A DNA stretch of 64,000 nt from Armatimonadota bacterium (GCA_046292385.1 JBKBRF010000012.1:1-64000), one strand, 5' to 3'; positions 49,211 to 62,161 are shown, numbered from the stretch's first letter. Notes: generated from the letters alone by a model not told the origin. Numbers and translations: made by a program.

Positions 49211-50222
49211 CGTGGCGCAGTGCCTGACCGATGCCGAGCTGCTCTACGTCGGCACGGCGGAGGGGCCCGAAGCGCAGATCGTGCCCCGCTCGGGGTTGAC
49301 GTTCCGCACCGTTCCGAGCCGCAAGCTGAGCCGCCGGCCCTCGCCGGGGGCTCTTCTCGCGCTGGCGGTCTCTACCTGGGGCGTGCTGCGCGCTGCCGCG
49401 CTGCTGCGGAGCTGGCGCCCGGACGTCGTCCTCGGCACCGGCGGCTACGCCTCGGCGGGCGTGATGTTCGCCGCGGCGCTGCTCCGAATCCCGACGGTGG
49501 TCCACGAGGCGAACGCCGTCCCCGGCCGCGTCAACCAGCTCCTCGGCCGGCTCTGCACCCGCGTCGCGATCACCTACGCCGCTTCCGAACGCTACTTCTC
49601 CGGCGCCCGCACCGTGCTGACCGGCCTGCCGGTACGCGCCGGCCTCCGGACCGCCGACCCGACGTGGGCGCAGCAGGAGTACCGTCTCGACCCCGCCCGC
49701 CCCACGCTCCTGGTGACCGGCGGCAGCGGCGGGGCGCAGACGCTCAACCGGGCGGTGGTGCAGGCGCTCCCCCGGCTGGGCGTGCAGGTGGTGCACCAGA
49801 CCGGTAAGAAGCTGCTCGCCGACGTCCGCGCGGAGGTCGGCCAGGTGCCGGAGTGGTACCACCCGACCGACTACGTGGAAGACCTTCCCTCGCTGATGGC
49901 CGCTTCCCGTCTGATCGTCTGCCGCGGCGGCTCCTCCACGCTTTCCGAGGTCACCGCCGTCGGCCGGCCCGCCATCGTGGTCCCCTACCCGTACGCCGTG
50001 GCCGACCACCAGACGAAGAACGCGAGCGCCCTGGCGGACGCCGGAGCGGTCCTGCTGGTGCCGGACGCCGAGTTGGACGGAGCCCGCCTGACGCGAGAGG
50101 TGGAAGCGCTGCTCGCCGATCCCGCCCGCCTCCAGCGGATGCAAGACGCGAGCCGCGCGCAGGGCCGTCCGGAAGCGGCACGGGAAGTGGCGGACCTCCT
50201 GCGGGAGGTAGCGCGGCGGTGA
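49155..50222 (+). CDS. murG: MurG glycosyltransferase
   Basis: GGGTGGHIYP, GTGGYAS, HEAN, GGSGGA, RGGSST..E, DHQ..NA. Confidence 0.96.
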   Translation: MRVVLTGGGTGGHIYPALSVAQCLTDAELLYVGTAEGPEAQIVPRSGLTFRTVPSRKLSRRPSPGALLALAVSTWGVLRAAALLRSWRPDVVLGTGGYASAGVMFAAALLRIPTVVHEANAVPGRVNQLLGRLCTRVAITYAASERYFSGARTVLTGLPVRAGLRTADPTWAQQEYRLDPARPTLLVTGGSGGAQTLNRAVVQALPRLGVQVVHQTGKKLLADVRAEVGQVPEWYHPTDYVEDLPSLMAASRLIVCRGGSSTLSEVTAVGRPAIVVPYPYAVADHQTKNASALADAGAVLLVPDAELDGARLTREVEALLADPARLQRMQDASRAQGRPEAAREVADLLREVARR

Positions 50223-50322
50223 TAACGTGAGGTGCCTGGGTAACTGCCGGGCGGTTGCCGGATGGCGGAGCTGGCCTGCCGCAGTCCTCTCACGCCCTCC
50301 AGGCTAGCGGACTACTCCAGGC

Positions 50323-50508
50323 GGGCTCTTCGCAGGTCAAGATCAGGCTGCGCTGCGATGTGGCAATGAGAGCCAGGGAGCCTTCGGCTTCCTGGCAGCC
50401 AGGAACCAGGGCGCCTAGAAGGCGCCACCTGTGAACCCCCCTGGGCGCAGGGGGGTTCGCTCGAAGGGTCGGGAGACAGCCCGTGAACTGAGCCGCTGCG
50501 GAGATGCA
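50323..50508 (+). ncRNA. ssrS: Probable 6S RNA
   Basis: About 185 nt; ends pair (TCTTCGCAG/CTGCGGAGA, GGCTG/CAGCC); GGGAGCC...GGCGCCACCTG...GGGTTC resemble conserved 6S elements. Not tested with a covariance model. Confidence 0.6.
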
Positions 50509-50780
50509 CGCTTTGGCGCGGGAAGAGCGCCTCGGGCCGCTCTCCCGGAGCGGCCCGCTAACGGAGCGAAGCGGAGTGTGAAAGGGCCGGCGGAGGGCCC
50601 TCGTCGCGGGAGGGCTGACTCCCGGCACAAGGGCGCGGGGTCGGACCCTCGGTCCCGGCGCTGCCTGACGTAGAGCGATGGCCGGAAGACGAGCAGAAAA
50701 CAGACCGCCGGGACGCATAGTCTTCCCCCACAGACGGAATATCCACCGCTGAGAATCAACGCAAGAACGAAGGCGCGAGA

Positions 50781-52169
50781 GTGATGGGCGAGAGTTACCA
50801 CTTCATCGGGATCGGCGGCTCGGGGATGAGCGGCCTGGCGCGGCTGCTGCTGGCGGACGGCGTCTCCGTGACCGGCTCGGACGTGAAGGAGAGCGAGACG
50901 GTGCGCTCCCTCCGGGCGGCCGGCGCGCGGATCGAGATCGGGCACCGGGCGGAGAACGTGGCAGAGGGCACCACGCGGGTGGTCTACACCGCCGCGGTGA
51001 AGGACGACAATCCGGAGCTGCAGGAGGCCCGCCGGCGGGGGCTGCCGGCGATTCTGCGCGCGCAGATGCTGGGCGAGGTGATGGCCGGCAAGACCGGGAT
51101 CGCCATCGCCGGGACGCACGGCAAGACCACCACCACCGGCATGGCCGCGTCGGTCTTCCTGGCGGCGCAGACCGACCCGAGCATCCTGATCGGCGGGGAC
51201 TGGTCGCTCCTCGGCAGCAACGCGCGCGGCGGGCGGGGACGTCACTTCCTGGCGGAGGCGTGCGAGGCGTTCGACTCGTTCCTGGAGCTGAAGCCGCACG
51301 TCGCGGTGCTGACGAACGTGGAGGCGGACCACCTCGACTGGCACGGCTCGCTGGAGGGCGTGATCCGGGCGTTCCGCCGGTTCCTGGAGCGGGTCGACGC
51401 GGACGGGTATGTGGTCGGCTGCGCGGAGGACGAGAACGTCTGCCGCCTGCTGGGCGAGATCCCGCAGCGGACCGTCAGCTACGCGATCGACTGCGACGCC
51501 GATTACGTGGCTTCCGAGCTGAACCTGGAGCGCCGGCAGCCCTCCTACCGGCTGCTGCGCCGCGGCGAAGCGCTGGGCCTCGTGCACGTCGGCGTGCCGG
51601 GACGCCACAACGTCCTCAACTCCCTCGCGGTGGCGGCGGTGGCACTGGAGGAAGGCCTGCCGTTCGAAGCGGTGGCGGAAGGGCTGCGGCGCTTCACCGG
51701 CGTGGAGCGGCGCTTCGAGACGCTGGGAGAAGTCGACGACATCCTGGTGCTCGACGACTACGCCCACCACCCGACGGAGGTCCGCGCCACCCTGGCGGCG
51801 GCGAAGGCGAGCCTGGGGCGGCCGCTGACCGTCGTCTTCCAGCCGCACCTCTTCAGCCGCACCCAGCTGCTCCTGGACGACTTCGCCGTCAGCTTCGGCG
51901 ACGCGGATCGGCTCTTCGTGACCGAGATCTATCCCGCGCGTGAGCAGCCGATCCCCGGCATCACCGGAGCGCTGCTCGCCTCCCGCGTCCGGGAGCACGC
52001 GCCGGGACAGGTGGAGCACGCGCCGGACCGGGCGGCGCTGCGCGAGCGGCTGCTGGCGGAGGCAAAGCCGGGCGACGTGATCATCACGATGGGCGCGGGC
52101 GACGTGCGGGAGCTGGGAGAAGAGCTGGCGGAACGGCTGCGGGAGCGGGGGGCGGTATGTCGAGGATAA
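50781..52169 (+). CDS. murC: MurC ligase
   Basis: HFIGIGGSGMSGLA, AGTHGKTTTT, DHLD, DDYAHHPTE, FQPH. Confidence 0.96.
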   Translation: MMGESYHFIGIGGSGMSGLARLLLADGVSVTGSDVKESETVRSLRAAGARIEIGHRAENVAEGTTRVVYTAAVKDDNPELQEARRRGLPAILRAQMLGEVMAGKTGIAIAGTHGKTTTTGMAASVFLAAQTDPSILIGGDWSLLGSNARGGRGRHFLAEACEAFDSFLELKPHVAVLTNVEADHLDWHGSLEGVIRAFRRFLERVDADGYVVGCAEDENVCRLLGEIPQRTVSYAIDCDADYVASELNLERRQPSYRLLRRGEALGLVHVGVPGRHNVLNSLAVAAVALEEGLPFEAVAEGLRRFTGVERRFETLGEVDDILVLDDYAHHPTEVRATLAAAKASLGRPLTVVFQPHLFSRTQLLLDDFAVSFGDADRLFVTEIYPAREQPIPGITGALLASRVREHAPGQVEHAPDRAALRERLLAEAKPGDVIITMGAGDVRELGEELAERLRERGAVCRG

Positions 52170-53248
52170 GGGTCGCGGTGCTGATGGGCGGGACTTCTTC
52201 GGAGCGGCGGGTGTCGCTCTCTACGGGACGGCAGGTAATCGAGTCGCTCGATCCGGAGCGGTACGAGGCGTTCCCGATCGACACCGCCTACCTGAACCGG
52301 CCGGCGCTTTCCGGCGGCGGCGGGAACGGGGCCGGCACACCCTCCCCGGCGCTGGAATCCGGAGCGCAGCAGACCGATAATCTAACCGGACCGGCACGAG
52401 AGCTGCCGGACCCCTCCCTGCCGCCGCTGGTCGGGCGGAACCGTCCGGACGTGGCGGTGATCTGTCTCCACGGAAAGCATGGCGAGGACGGCACGATCCA
52501 GGGCATGCTGGAGCTGCTCGACATCCCCTACACCGGATCGGGCGTGCTCGCGAGCGCGCTGGCGATCGACAAGCTGATGTCGAAGAAGGTCTTCGAGTGG
52601 GAAGGCATTCCGACGCCGCCCTCGGTCCCCTTGCGGAGCTGGCGGGACGCGGAGCGGTTCCTGGCGGAGCTCGCGGCGGGCGAGGCGCGGGTGACCTGTC
52701 CGCTGGTGGTGAAGCCGAGCCGGCAGGGCTCGACGATCGGGATCTCGATCGTGCACGAGCCGGCCGAGGTGCGGCTCGCGCTGGAGAAGGCGTTCGAGTT
52801 CGACAGCGACGTGCTGGTGGAGGCGTTCGTCGAAGGGATCGAGATCACCGGCGCCGTGTTGGGGAACGACGACCTGCTTTGCCTGCCGCTGGTGGAGATC
52901 GTGCCGGCGAGCGGCTTCTACGATTTCGAAGCGAAGTATACGCCGGGGGCGACCGACGAGATCGTCCCCGCGCGGATCCCGGAGCCGGTGACGAAGCGAG
53001 CGCAGGAGCTGGCGCTGCGGGCACACCAGGCGCTGGGATGCCGCGGGTTCTCCCGCACCGACATGCTGGTGCGCGGAGAAGAAGTCTGGGTGCTGGAAAC
53101 CAACACCATCCCGGGAATGACGCCGACCAGCCTCCTGCCGCGCGCGGCGCAGGCGGCGGGGATCCCATTTCCGCAGCTGGTAGAGCGGATGATTGAGCTT
53201 GCCCTGGAGGGGCGCGACGGTGGCCCGCAAGACAAAGCCAAAGAGTGA
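52157..53248 (+). CDS. ddl: D-alanine--D-alanine ligase
   Basis: GGTSSERRVS, LHGKHGEDG, YDFEAKY, ETNTIPGMTPTSLLP. Confidence 0.96.
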   Translation: MSRIRVAVLMGGTSSERRVSLSTGRQVIESLDPERYEAFPIDTAYLNRPALSGGGGNGAGTPSPALESGAQQTDNLTGPARELPDPSLPPLVGRNRPDVAVICLHGKHGEDGTIQGMLELLDIPYTGSGVLASALAIDKLMSKKVFEWEGIPTPPSVPLRSWRDAERFLAELAAGEARVTCPLVVKPSRQGSTIGISIVHEPAEVRLALEKAFEFDSDVLVEAFVEGIEITGAVLGNDDLLCLPLVEIVPASGFYDFEAKYTPGATDEIVPARIPEPVTKRAQELALRAHQALGCRGFSRTDMLVRGEEVWVLETNTIPGMTPTSLLPRAAQAAGIPFPQLVERMIELALEGRDGGPQDKAKE

Positions 53249-54044
53249 AGCTGCCGCCCGTCGGGAACGACGGGACCGCAACCGCCGGAAGCCGGACTTG
53301 CTGGGCGCGCTGCGCACCGCCCTGGTGCTGGCGCTGATCCTGCAGGGAGTCCGGGTGGCCTTCACGTCTCCGCTCATGCGCCTCCAGGAAGTGGAAGTCG
53401 CCGGCTCGGAGCGGTTCACTCCGGAAGAGCTCGTCCGCAAGGCGCACATCCCGCTGGGAAAGAACATTTTCGCCGTCAACCTGGTGCAGGTCTCCGACCG
53501 GCTGCGGGAAGAGCCGGTGCTGGAAGACGCGGTGGTAACGCGGCAGTTCCCACAGGGGCTTCGGATCAAGCTGACCGAGCGCGAGCCGGAGCTGCGGGTG
53601 AGCAGCCGCGGCCGCATTTTCCTGGCCGACGGGGCCGGAGTGGTCTACGAGCCGCAGGATAAGCCGCGCCCGGAGCTGCCGCTGCTGGAGATCGCGGAGA
53701 AGGAGCTTCCGCCGCTGGGACAGGCGCTGAAGCCGGAGTGGGTCAGAGCGGTGCGCGAGTGCGTGCGGCTCGCCGAGAAGGAAGGGCTGACCCTGGGCAA
53801 GATGCGCGTTGACGCCTCCGGGGAACTCTGGTTGAATGTCGAAGCTCCCCAGGCCAGAGGGACGGCGCCGGCGATCCTGAAGGTGCGGGTGGGACGCGCT
53901 ACGGAGCTGCCGGAGAAGTTCCGGGACATCCGGCTCGCCCTGGCCAGCCGGCCCGATCTGCCGGGCTCCGCCTCCTACCTCGACGTGATGTGCGCGGGCC
54001 GTACCGCCTACGCGCCGCTCCCGAAAGAGGACCGCACTCAGTAG
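53220..54044 (+). CDS. ftsQ: Cell division protein FtsQ/DivIB
   Basis: Basic N-terminus, TM, POTRA-like EVEVAG...V.RQFP..L.I.L.ER; position after ddl; GGAGG RBS. Confidence 0.8.
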   Translation: MARKTKPKSEAAARRERRDRNRRKPDLLGALRTALVLALILQGVRVAFTSPLMRLQEVEVAGSERFTPEELVRKAHIPLGKNIFAVNLVQVSDRLREEPVLEDAVVTRQFPQGLRIKLTEREPELRVSSRGRIFLADGAGVVYEPQDKPRPELPLLEIAEKELPPLGQALKPEWVRAVRECVRLAEKEGLTLGKMRVDASGELWLNVEAPQARGTAPAILKVRVGRATELPEKFRDIRLALASRPDLPGSASYLDVMCAGRTAYAPLPKEDRTQ

Positions 54045-54222
54045 CAACCCGGCGGGGTGATTCTCTCGTATTCGGGGTGTGGGTCGGTGTCGGGCGCGGA
54101 ACGGTGTCATCGCGATCGAACCGCGGCGCGGTTTCGTGGCACTAACAGGTGACGGCGGCGTCTCGCCGCGCCCCGACCCCCTCTCCCGATCCCTGCCTGT
54201 CCGGCGGAGCCGAGGTGCTGGC

Positions 54223-55077
54223 ATGAGCTTGCTGGACGAAGCTGAAGCGGTAAAGAACCCAAACGCGCCCGCTCCGCCTGCGGCGCGGCGTTTCTCCGAT
54301 ACTGCCTGGATCTGGCAGGTGACGGCGCTCAGCGCGGTGCTGGGCGTGATGCTCTCGCTCGCCATCACCACTACGGACCAGTCCCGGAACGCCAACGTTC
54401 CCGGAAACCGCCTGAGCCTCTCGGCCTCCTACGAGGCGATCTTCCGGGAGCAGAACGCCCGGCTGGAAGACGAGATCAAGGACCTCCGCGCGCAGGTGGA
54501 CGGCTACGTCGCGACGATCGACGACAGCAGCCGCGTGACCGAAAAGATGAAGGCGGAGTTCGAAGCGCTGCGCCGGGAAGGCGGGCTCTCGCAGGTAGAA
54601 GGGCCGGGTCTGCGGATCCGACTGCGAGACAAACCGGAAGGCGGCGGTGTTGGAGATTACCAGGTCAACCTGATCCACGATCAGGACCTGAACAACATTC
54701 TGAACGAGCTCAAGGCAGCCGGCGCGCGGAACATCGCGGTGACCGGCGCGGATACGGACCGCTTGCAGCGGGTGATCGTCACCACCACGGCGCGCTGCGT
54801 CGGTAACATCGCGATGGTGAACCACACGCCGCTCGCCGGCCCGTTCGAGATCCTGGTCCTGGGCGATCCACGGGAGCTGCGCGCAGCGCTGGAGCGTCCC
54901 GAAGGCTATATCCGCGAGCGAGAGCTCGACACGCGCCAGATGGTGGAGCTGGAAGAAGCCCCCAGGCTGGTGCTCCCGGAGTATGCAGGGACCCTGACCA
55001 CCCAGTATGCCGAGCCGGTAGAGCCCTCCGCGCAAGACGCGAGCGCCGAATCCGGTGAGACTGCCGCTGCGTCCTAG
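54223..55077 (+). CDS. DUF881 family protein
   Basis: TM, coiled coil, V.GPG..I.L.D, IHDQDL...NEL.AAGA, PFEI...G. Confidence 0.85.
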   Translation: MSLLDEAEAVKNPNAPAPPAARRFSDTAWIWQVTALSAVLGVMLSLAITTTDQSRNANVPGNRLSLSASYEAIFREQNARLEDEIKDLRAQVDGYVATIDDSSRVTEKMKAEFEALRREGGLSQVEGPGLRIRLRDKPEGGGVGDYQVNLIHDQDLNNILNELKAAGARNIAVTGADTDRLQRVIVTTTARCVGNIAMVNHTPLAGPFEILVLGDPRELRAALERPEGYIRERELDTRQMVELEEAPRLVLPEYAGTLTTQYAEPVEPSAQDASAESGETAAAS

Positions 55078-55106
55078 CACCCTGAAAGGCACGTCCGTTT
55101 ACTACG

Positions 55107-55931
55107 ATGTCTGTCACTGCCGCCGACAAGGGTATGGAGAAACGCGCTGAAGGCGCCGAGAATTCCTCGGCGGCCGCCGCGCCGGCCGCGGGTGCCTCCG
55201 GCTCGCACTGGATCTGGCAGGTGACCGCGCTGAGTGTCGCCATGGGCGTGCTCCTCGCGCTGGCGCTGCGCACCACCGGCACGCTGGAGGACCAGGGCCT
55301 CTCCGCCCGGCTGGGGGTCTCCCCCGCCTCGCTCTCCCAGCTCCGGGAGCAGAGCAGGCGGCTCCGCACCGAGATCAAGCAGCTGCGGGAGAAGTCGCAG
55401 GAATTCCGCACTACCGGCAGTGACTCTCAGAAGGCGGCCAAGCTGCTGAAGGAGCAGATCGCGGATTACCGCGCCATTCTCGGCTTCGCGGCGGTCAAGG
55501 GACCCGGGGTGAAGATCACGCTGCGGAACAGTCCCAAGGTGGTGCCCCCCGGATGGGATCCGCGCCTGGTGCAGACCAACGATCAGGACGTGAAGGGCCT
55601 GGTGAGCGAGCTCTGGGCCGCCGGCGCGGAAGCGATTGCGGTAGCGGGAAGCAATACCGGTAAGTTCGAGCGAGTGGTCCTTTCGAGCGTCGTCCTCCCG
55701 GCGGAGGGCGGGATCGAGGTGAACGGGCGCGTGCTCTCCGCGCCGTTCGAGATCCAGGCGATCGGGAACTCGAAGACGCTGGAGGCCGCGCTGGAGATGC
55801 CAGGCGGGATCATCGACAACCGCGAGCTCGAGTTCTTTCAGATGATCAAGATCGAGAAGGCGCAGACCCTTGTCCTACCCGAGTACTCAGGCATCCGGCG
55901 GGCCCGTGGCCCGGCCCCGGCGAACCCATAA
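55107..55931 (+). CDS. DUF881 family protein, second paralog
   Basis: Shares WIWQVTALS with the upstream gene; VKGPGV.ITL, SELWAAGAEAIAV, APFEIQAIG, LEMPGG. Confidence 0.85.
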   Translation: MSVTAADKGMEKRAEGAENSSAAAAPAAGASGSHWIWQVTALSVAMGVLLALALRTTGTLEDQGLSARLGVSPASLSQLREQSRRLRTEIKQLREKSQEFRTTGSDSQKAAKLLKEQIADYRAILGFAAVKGPGVKITLRNSPKVVPPGWDPRLVQTNDQDVKGLVSELWAAGAEAIAVAGSNTGKFERVVLSSVVLPAEGGIEVNGRVLSAPFEIQAIGNSKTLEAALEMPGGIIDNRELEFFQMIKIEKAQTLVLPEYSGIRRARGPAPANP

Positions 55932-56289
55932 GATCTGGTGGCCGATCCTCGGCTTCACCGTGGGGTTCGCCGCGACGTTCTTCGTCTTCCGCGCGGGGGT
56001 TCCGCTGCCCGCGGCGGGATACCTGTCGCTCGCGGTGCTGGCGGGGCTCGACTCGGTCTTCGGCGGCATCCGGGCCGGCGTGGAGCGCCGGTTCCAGAGC
56101 GACGTCTTTCTCAGCGGCTTCCTGGTGAACATGCTGCTCGCCGTGCTGCTGGTCTACCTGGGCCAGAAGATCGGCGTGCCGGACCTCTACCTGGCGGCGG
56201 TGGTCACCCTGGGCGGCCGCATGTTCCTGAACCTCTCCGTCATCCGGCGGCACTGGCTGGAAAAGAGCCCCACCCGTGGCGAAAAGTGA
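55906..56289 (+). CDS. sbp: Small basic protein Sbp (DUF1290)
   Basis: YLSLAVLAGLDSVFGGIRA...F.SGF..N.LLA...LG...DLYLAA...G.R.F.N; start uncertain. Confidence 0.85.
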   Translation: MARPRRTHKIWWPILGFTVGFAATFFVFRAGVPLPAAGYLSLAVLAGLDSVFGGIRAGVERRFQSDVFLSGFLVNMLLAVLLVYLGQKIGVPDLYLAAVVTLGGRMFLNLSVIRRHWLEKSPTRGEK

Positions 56290-57508
56290 GCTGGTCGTAG
56301 CTCTGGACATTGGCACGACGAAGGTCTGCACGCTGGTCGCGGAAGTTACGGGCGAGGAGCAGATCGAGATTCTCGGGATCGGGCTGACCCCTTCTCTCGG
56401 CATGAAGAAGGGGGTGGTGGTCGACATCCCCGCCACCGCCGCCGCGATCCGGGAATCGGTCGATAAGGCGAGCCGGATGGCCGGCGTCCACATCGCCACG
56501 GTCTACGTGGGGATCACCGGGGAGCACATCGCCTCCCTGAACAGCCGCGGACGCGTCGGCGTCCCGCAGGAGATCGGGGACGACCACGTCCAGCAGGCGC
56601 GCCTCTCCGCCCGCCACCTCGACCTGCCGCCCGACCGCGAGGTGCTCCACAACATCCCGCGGCAGTACATCGTCGACGGCCAGGAAGGCGTGCGCCATCC
56701 GGTCGGCATGTCCGCTACGAAGCTGGAAGTGGAGACGCACGTCGTCACCGCCGCCTCCAGCTTCGTGGAGAACGTGGTGAAGTGCGTCACCCGGGCGCGG
56801 CTGGAAATCGACGAGATCGTGGTGGAGCCGCTGGCCACCGGCCTGGCGGTGCTCACCGACGCGGAGCGGCAGCTCGGCGTGGCGCTGGCCGACATCGGCG
56901 GCGGCACCACCGACGTGGCGCTCTTCGAGAACGGCGCGGTCACCCACACGAAGATCATCCCGGTGGGCGGAAACCACCTGACCAACGACCTCGCCATCGC
57001 CTTCCGGCTCGACCCGGAGCAGGCGGAGAAGCTGAAGGTCGCTTCCGGTGCCGCGCTGCCGGAAGACGTGGCCCCGGACCAGTACGTGGAGATCCGGATG
57101 ATCGGCGAGGAGGAGTCGCGGGAGATCCCCCGGGCACTGCTGCCGGAGATCATCCAGCCGCGCATGGAGGAGCTGTTCGAACTGCTCCGAGAGCACATCG
57201 AGGCGGCGGCAAAGGACGGCATCTACGTCTCCACCTGCGTGCTCAGCGGCGGCGGGTCGCAGCTTCTCGGCGCGGCCGAGCTTGCGCAGCGGGTGCTCGG
57301 GATGCCGGTGCGGCTGGGACGACCGCGAGAGATCATCGATCCGCGCGGCCTGGCCGGGAGCCCGATCTGCGCCACGGCGGTAGGCCTGCTGGCCTATGCC
57401 TCCCAGCGCCGCGTCGGGCGGCGGCGCGTCAAGGAGCCGAAGGCGCTGCACGTGGCCGCCTTCGCCCGCCTGGCGCGCCTCTTCCGCCGGGGGCCCGCGC
57501 GAAAGTAG
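56276..57508 (+). CDS. ftsA: Cell division protein FtsA
   Basis: ALDIGTTKV, DIGGGTTD, GG...T.D, AEKLK, LSGGGS. Confidence 0.96.
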   Translation: MAKSELVVALDIGTTKVCTLVAEVTGEEQIEILGIGLTPSLGMKKGVVVDIPATAAAIRESVDKASRMAGVHIATVYVGITGEHIASLNSRGRVGVPQEIGDDHVQQARLSARHLDLPPDREVLHNIPRQYIVDGQEGVRHPVGMSATKLEVETHVVTAASSFVENVVKCVTRARLEIDEIVVEPLATGLAVLTDAERQLGVALADIGGGTTDVALFENGAVTHTKIIPVGGNHLTNDLAIAFRLDPEQAEKLKVASGAALPEDVAPDQYVEIRMIGEEESREIPRALLPEIIQPRMEELFELLREHIEAAAKDGIYVSTCVLSGGGSQLLGAAELAQRVLGMPVRLGRPREIIDPRGLAGSPICATAVGLLAYASQRRVGRRRVKEPKALHVAAFARLARLFRRGPARK

Positions 57509-57576
57509 GGCATCTCCCGTTCCGGAGCCGCCGTGGGAGGAGTCTGCCCGCGGGCGCCGGAACCAGAAAAAGTGTT

Positions 57577-57605
57577 TTGACGCAGGACGTCCGCTGCATC
57601 AGAAT
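57577..57605 (+). promoter_or_regulatory. Putative internal promoter for ftsZ
   Basis: TTGACG-17 nt-CAGAAT preceded by an A-rich tract. Confidence 0.5.
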
Positions 57606-57717
57606 CGGCGTTGGGCCGCTGCCGGGGGCTTGCGGCGCCTCTTTTTTCCAGATTCGCGAAATTTATGCGGTGCACGAGACCGCCGTGTGCCGACCAGTTA
57701 TATCGGGGGAATCGTAG

Positions 57718-58845
57718 ATGGCTGATCCGAGGGGCTCGAACTACGCAGTTATCAAGGTGGTGGGCGTTGGCGGCGGTGGCACCAACGCGGTCAACCGCAT
57801 GATCGAGGCCGGCGTCTCCGGCGTCGAATTCATCGCGCTCAACACCGACTTCCAGGCGCTGGAGATGTCGCTGGCGCCGACTCGCCTGCAGATCGGCGAG
57901 GCGCTCACCAAGGGGCTCGGTGTCGGCGGCAACCCGGAAGTGGGCCGCAACTCCGCCGAAGAGAGCCGGCAGGACATCAAGAAGCTGCTCGAAGGCTCGG
58001 ACATGGTCTTCATCACCGCCGGCATGGGCGGCGGCACCGGCACCGGCGCGGCGCCGGTGGTGGCCGAGATCGCCCGCGACATGGGCGCGCTCACCGTCGG
58101 CGTGGTGACGAAGCCGTTCAACTTCGAGGGCCCGCGCCGCCTGCGGCTGGCCGAAGAAGGCATCGCCACGCTGAAGACCAAGGTCGACACCAGCATCGTC
58201 ATCCCGAACGACCGCCTCCTGAGCGCGGTCGAGCGGCGGGCGAAGCTGACCGAGGCGTTCGGGATGGCCGACGACGTGCTGCGCCAGGGCGTGCAGGGCG
58301 TCTCCGACATCATCACCATTCCGGGTCTCATCAACGTCGACTTCGCGGACGTGAAGGCGATCATGAGCAACGCCGGCACGGCGATCATGGGCATCGGTAT
58401 GGCGGCCGGCGACAGCCGCGCCGTCCAGGCCGCGGAAATGGCGATCGAGAGCCCGCTGCTCGAGGCGAGCATCGAGGGTGCCCGCGGCGTGCTGCTCAAC
58501 ATCAGCGCCGGCAGCGACCTCACGCTCGACGAGCTGTACGAGGCGGCGAACGTGGTCTCCCGCGCTACGGACACCGAAGACGCCTTCATCATCACCGGCT
58601 GCGTCATCGACGACACGCTGGGCGACGCGGTCCGCGTAACGGTGCTCGCTACCGGCTTCCAGGGCCAGGGCGGCCCCGGCGCGCTGTTCCAGCCGGAGCC
58701 GGCGGTCCAGCGCACGCCGATTCGCCCCGCCGCCCCCGCGCACCACCACACCCCGGCCGCGCAGGCGCCCAGCAGCCCCGCTCCGTCCGGCCAGGCAAGC
58801 AACGAGCTGGACATCCCGCCGTTCCTTCGCCAGACGCGCCGGTAA
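57718..58845 (+). CDS. ftsZ: Cell division protein FtsZ
   Basis: [26 protein letters not shown]-terminal LDIPPFLR. Confidence 0.98.
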   Translation: MADPRGSNYAVIKVVGVGGGGTNAVNRMIEAGVSGVEFIALNTDFQALEMSLAPTRLQIGEALTKGLGVGGNPEVGRNSAEESRQDIKKLLEGSDMVFITAGMGGGTGTGAAPVVAEIARDMGALTVGVVTKPFNFEGPRRLRLAEEGIATLKTKVDTSIVIPNDRLLSAVERRAKLTEAFGMADDVLRQGVQGVSDIITIPGLINVDFADVKAIMSNAGTAIMGIGMAAGDSRAVQAAEMAIESPLLEASIEGARGVLLNISAGSDLTLDELYEAANVVSRATDTEDAFIITGCVIDDTLGDAVRVTVLATGFQGQGGPGALFQPEPAVQRTPIRPAAPAHHHTPAAQAPSSPAPSGQASNELDIPPFLRQTRR

Positions 58846-59078
58846 AGGCAGAAGGCCCTTAAAGGCAAAAGTCAAAAGGCTAAAGGCTAAAGGGGGAGCT
58901 ACCGGAAACGGTCGGCTCCCCCTTTTTTGCGATCCCGGAACCACCGAGATCGGAGTGCAGTCGTTTGACGCGTCTGTCGAGGACGTGCCGGAACGCGAGG
59001 CTCGCCAGCGAGCAGGAGCAGGACCTCCCGTTTACGGTGGGTTCGGCTTTAGCCTTCTGCCTTTAGCCTTTTGCCTTC
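58843..59078. repeat. Inverted heptamer arrays (AAAGGCN / NGCCTTT) enclosing the ftsZ terminator
   Basis: Left arm 58843-58892, right arm 59045-59078; right part resembles 183-280. Confidence 0.8.
58892..58928 (+). terminator. Intrinsic terminator after ftsZ
   Basis: GGGGGAGC-TACCG-GAAA-CGGTCG-GCTCCCCC-TTTTTT. Confidence 0.9.
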
Positions 59079-59365
59079 TGCGGCGCGTGTTTGCCTTGCT
59101 GGGTTGTGGGAATACTAATCGGCAGTGACCTCTGCCGCCGCTGTGTTCCCGAAGTCGCAGCCGGCTCCTCTGCCGTTCCCTGCAGGAAAGGCATGTCCGC
59201 TCGCCCAAGTTACCCGGGTGTGCTCCCGCGAGCGCACGCAACCCATTCACCATACCGCTCCGGCAGCGTGGCCGGCGCCAGCTTGGGACTCCTCCCCGGG
59301 AGGGCCTGGCGGCACGGCTCGTCCTGCCTCGCGGTCCGATCATCCAACAGGAGATCTCCCAGACC

Positions 59366-62062
<2,697 letters not shown>

Positions 62063-62096
62063 TCTGCGGCGTGGCGGTGGGCTCCCGGGGCCGTTG

Positions 62097-62125
62097 TTGA
62101 CGCACCCCGGGGCTCTACCTATAAT
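62097..62125 (+). promoter_or_regulatory. Sigma70 promoter of tRNA-Leu
   Basis: TTGACG-17 nt-TATAAT. Confidence 0.85.
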
Positions 62126-62161
62126 GCGGGAAGCGCGGACTCCGGTCCCGCTTCCCCACCG

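Noticed and set aside
50223..50780. Group II intron, RNase P RNA or tmRNA in the murG-murC gap
   Set aside because: No convincing domain V, no GAGGAAAGTCC motif, no tRNA-like ends; flanking genes are intact.
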